Source: Octopus vulgaris (Eukaryota). Taken from it: 64,000 nucleotides of DNA. The notes beneath the pieces are model-generated. The model worked only from the letters and a program-made list of their open reading frames with translations, ran no database searches and had not been told where the DNA came from. Shown here piece by piece: positions 62,757-64,000 of the stretch; position 1 is the stretch's first letter; each line of letters starts with the position of its first letter. The stretch lies in NCBI GenBank assembly GCA_951406725.2, contig OX597832.1, positions 44,144,001 through 44,208,000 on the forward strand, read 5' to 3'. The translations under genes were made by a program, and so were the position numbers.

Positions 62757-64000
62757 CTATTCGGTTACATTATAGTGGTTAACATGCCAATAAGCATTTT
62801 TGTTGAGTACAAACTCTGTAAGTTACTTAGTAAACAGTTTTGGATGAGCTTTCAACTTAACATTCCTAAATTTTGTTACACTAAACTAGTTTTGGTTTTT
62901 GAAAAAGAAATTCCTCTCTTTAAATACCACACTAAATAAATAGGCAATTTTACAACCACATTTTTTTTTAAAACAATCTTTTACTTCAAATATTTCCAAA
63001 CTTTAATACTAGAGACATACAACCAAAAAATTGATGTTCAGTTCATACTCTTTCTCTCAGTGATCAATCACCAATTCTCTAATTCATCAATCAAACACTC
63101 AATCAATCCAGCAACAGAAATAACTTTAAAGGCAGAACAAAAGCCCTGATTATACAGAAATTTTTGTATTTTGTCTCATGTTACATTCAAAATCTGATTC
63201 CTTCTAGAAGAATTTAAACTTCAAAATTGACACATTTAATAGAATAATCTATTAGCCATACACAAATTCTCAATAAAACCTAAAAGTGAGATACTGGAAG
63301 TATTGAGATGCAGGGTCACAAAATGACACTAACAAAAGGTTTCTTAGATCTTAATATTCTTCAGGAAAAAAACGAATGTTCATATTTAATATGTAAAAAA
63401 AATTGCAGAATAAGCAAACAATATAAGGACTGTCTATAAAGAAACTGAACTTTTTAAAAGGATCTGTAAGAGCATTGAGTTTGTATGAAATTGTTTGAGA
63501 TTGAGAAAAGCATTAATGGAGACTTTTCTAATGTTGCAACAAGCTTATAATGAGGTCTTTATATACATACATGTGTGTGTGTTTCTAAATTATGGGTGGT
63601 AGGGATATAGAATCCAAGTGGGGTCCGTAGTTACATGTACTGGTTATTAATGCCACCTAACCTCCATGAGTGTGTAAAAAAAACTCCAGTTAGTATGATT
63701 TACTAACCTCAGTTTATCTTCACATCAGTAAATCCACGTCTCTATAGAGACTACATTTTTCCAGTAGAGAAATTATATATATATATATCCATCGAAATGT
63801 AATGTCATAAGTGGTACCAGTATTTCATATTAGGAAATCCACTGAAAACAATCACAAATCCGGATGACATTCCATGGAAACAAACAATAATCACATAGCA
63901 AAAAGGTGCAGTGTGAATCCAGGAAAATCATCGCCTGATTGTTTGTGTAATTTCCAAAGAAATAGGCATCTGTAGAAGATTGTACCATATAATTTTTAAA

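Noticed and set aside
63780-63850. Possible further MGA-like exon after TTTTCAG on the minus strand
   Set aside because: Stops in all three frames shortly after the acceptor

Overview
Eukaryotic, AT-rich, repeat-dense genomic DNA. The SINE/MITE repertoire suggests an octopus or other coleoid cephalopod; this is inferred, not shown. The window holds two convergent intron-rich genes. (1) On the + strand, the last 15 coding exons (239-17763; 1512 nt, about 503 aa, all GT-AG and phase-consistent) of the proteasome adapter ECM29/ECPAS. (2) On the - strand, at least 12 phase-consistent coding exons (56763 to 27926; about 1070 aa) of an MGA (MAX gene-associated)-like protein, with CxxxxCRxGCxC repeats, a class-B bHLH-zipper and an acidic tail carrying short linear motifs. 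Almost all entries in the supplied ORF track are spurious ORFs in SINEs or microsatellites. Introns and the intergenic region contain several SINE families, piggyBac-, Tc1/mariner- and hAT-type MITEs, a non-autonomous Helitron, and RTE/CR1 LINE fragments. The most striking oddities are a tetramer of a 201-bp hAT MITE with (AT)n-AGAG spacers inside a single 8-bp TSD, a near-perfect ~135-bp palindrome downstream of the MGA-like stop, an apparent templated insertion, a CpG-rich satellite fragment, and candidate ATF7IP-, WDR5- and SUMO-binding motifs in the MGA-like tail. I found no wholly new protein-coding system.
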